Positions 23,077 through 24,000 of a DNA stretch of 24,000 nt are shown piece after piece. Under the pieces are notes generated by a model, which saw only the letters and a program-made list of their open reading frames with translations, did no database searches and was not told where the DNA came from. The stretch's first letter is position 1, and each line of letters begins with the position of its first letter. The stretch comes from Parvibaculum sp. (GTDB lineage Bacteria > Pseudomonadota > Alphaproteobacteria > Parvibaculales > Parvibaculaceae), in contig JAHBYL010000034.1 in NCBI GenBank assembly GCA_019635955.1, positions 5,029 through 29,028 on the forward strand, read 5' to 3'. A program made the translations under genes and the position numbers.

Positions 23077-24000
23077 ATGTCCCGGTTGAAGTCCTGGCTG
23101 CCCCTCTCCCGCCCCGCCGCGTTTCTGGCGGCGCTTTTCGCCGTCATGGCGCTTCTGCCCGTCACGGCCGAAAAGGCCGAGGCGAGCTCCCGCATCAAGG
23201 ACATCGTGGATGTCGAGGGCATCCGCGACAACATGCTGGTCGGCTACGGCCTCGTTGTCGGCCTGAACGGTACGGGCGACACGCTCCGCAATGCCCCCTT
23301 CACCCAGCAGAGCCTGACCGGCATGCTCGAGCGCCTAGGCGTGAACACGCGCGGCACGACGCTCAAGACGGCGAACGTAGCCGCGGTGATGGTCTCCGCG
23401 AACCTGCCCGCCTTCTCGACCCAGGGCACCCGCATCGACGTCACCGTCAGCGCGCTCGGCGACGCCTCGAACCTTCAGGGCGGCGTCCTTCTCGTAACCC
23501 CGCTGATGGGCGCCGATGGCGAGGTCTACGCCGTCGCCCAGGGCTCGATCGCCACGGGCGGCTTTGCCGCCGCCGGCGAAGCGGCCTCCGTCACGCGCGG
23601 CGTGCCCACCAATGGCCGCATCGCGAACGGCGCCATCGTCGAACGCGAACTCGATTTCCGCCTCGCAGAACTGCGCACGCTGCGCCTGTCGCTCCGCAAC
23701 CCGGACCTGACCACCGCCCAGCGCGTCGCCGGCGCCATCAACACCTTCCTCGGCACGAATACCGCCATGGCCGATAACCCGACCACGGTGCAGCTCAACG
23801 TGCCTGCCGGCTGGCGCGGCGGCGTCGTCGGCCTGCTCACCGATATCGAACAGCTCCGCGTGCAGCCCGATCTCGCCGCCAAGGTGGTGATCGATGAATC
23901 CTCCGGCGTCATCGTCATGGGCCAGGACGTGCGCATCAGCAAGGTCGCGATCGCGCAGGGCAACCTCACCATCTCGATCAGCGAAACGCCGCAGGTCAGC
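23077..24000 (+). CDS. flgI: flagellar P-ring protein FlgI, N-terminal 308 codons; continues beyond the right window edge
   Basis: My own translation from ATG 23077 reads MSRLKSWLPLSRPAAFLAALFAVMALLPVTAEKAEASSRIKDIVDVEGIRDNMLVGYGLVVGLNGTGDTLRNAPFTQQSLTGMLERLGVNTRG…QGGVLLVTPLMGADGEVYAVAQGSIATGG…. This is canonical FlgI with a signal peptide. It has no stop in the window, so it is not in the track. Track ORF 22998..23777 + is out of frame. Confidence 0.95.
   Translation, partial: MSRLKSWLPLSRPAAFLAALFAVMALLPVTAEKAEASSRIKDIVDVEGIRDNMLVGYGLVVGLNGTGDTLRNAPFTQQSLTGMLERLGVNTRGTTLKTANVAAVMVSANLPAFSTQGTRIDVTVSALGDASNLQGGVLLVTPLMGADGEVYAVAQGSIATGGFAAAGEAASVTRGVPTNGRIANGAIVERELDFRLAELRTLRLSLRNPDLTTAQRVAGAINTFLGTNTAMADNPTTVQLNVPAGWRGGVVGLLTDIEQLRVQPDLAAKVVIDESSGVIVMGQDVRISKVAIAQGNLTISISETPQVS

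Noticed and set aside
22998-23777. 259-aa plus-strand ORF starting upstream of flgI
   Set aside because: It is out of frame with flgI and its translation is Arg/His/Pro-rich. The frame from ATG 23077 yields canonical FlgI.
1-24000. Search for tRNA/rRNA genes, CRISPR arrays, transposases, integrases and obvious defence-system genes
   Set aside because: None were recognised by eye. There are no regularly spaced direct repeats and no transposase-like or integrase-like translations. The only accessory-looking DNA is the hicAB remnant.

Overview
High-GC alphaproteobacterial chromosomal segment with Caulobacter-type gene organisation. The left end (1-4340) holds alaS (partial, minus) and a recA locus broken by about fifteen frame changes. 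Next to it is a decayed hicA-hicB toxin-antitoxin pair, bracketed by two diverged copies of an 83-bp element carrying a GTTC-N7-GTTC SOS box. The rest is cckA plus about 17 kb of flagellar genes. These are flgB-flgC-fliE-fliQ-fliR-flhB-cckA (minus), fliO-fliP (plus), and fliL-fliM, a PflI-like small membrane protein, a MotE-like protein and a 1148-codon secreted AMIN-like/TPR-like protein (all minus). They are followed by flgF-flgG-flgA-flgH (plus), dksA and fliX (minus), and flgI (plus, runs off the right edge). The flagellar intergenic regions carry TTAA-N7-TTAA (CtrA-type) boxes, two GG-N10-GC sigma54-type promoters, IHF-like sites, and a recurring CGGCA-N5-TGCCG palindrome that resembles FlbD ftr enhancers. 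Two items deserve most attention: the uncharacterised giant periplasmic protein at the end of the fliLM cluster, and the localised indel-riddled recA/hicAB tract. Most other long ORFs in the track are GC-rich antisense or out-of-frame shadows. No tRNA, rRNA, CRISPR array or transposase was recognised.
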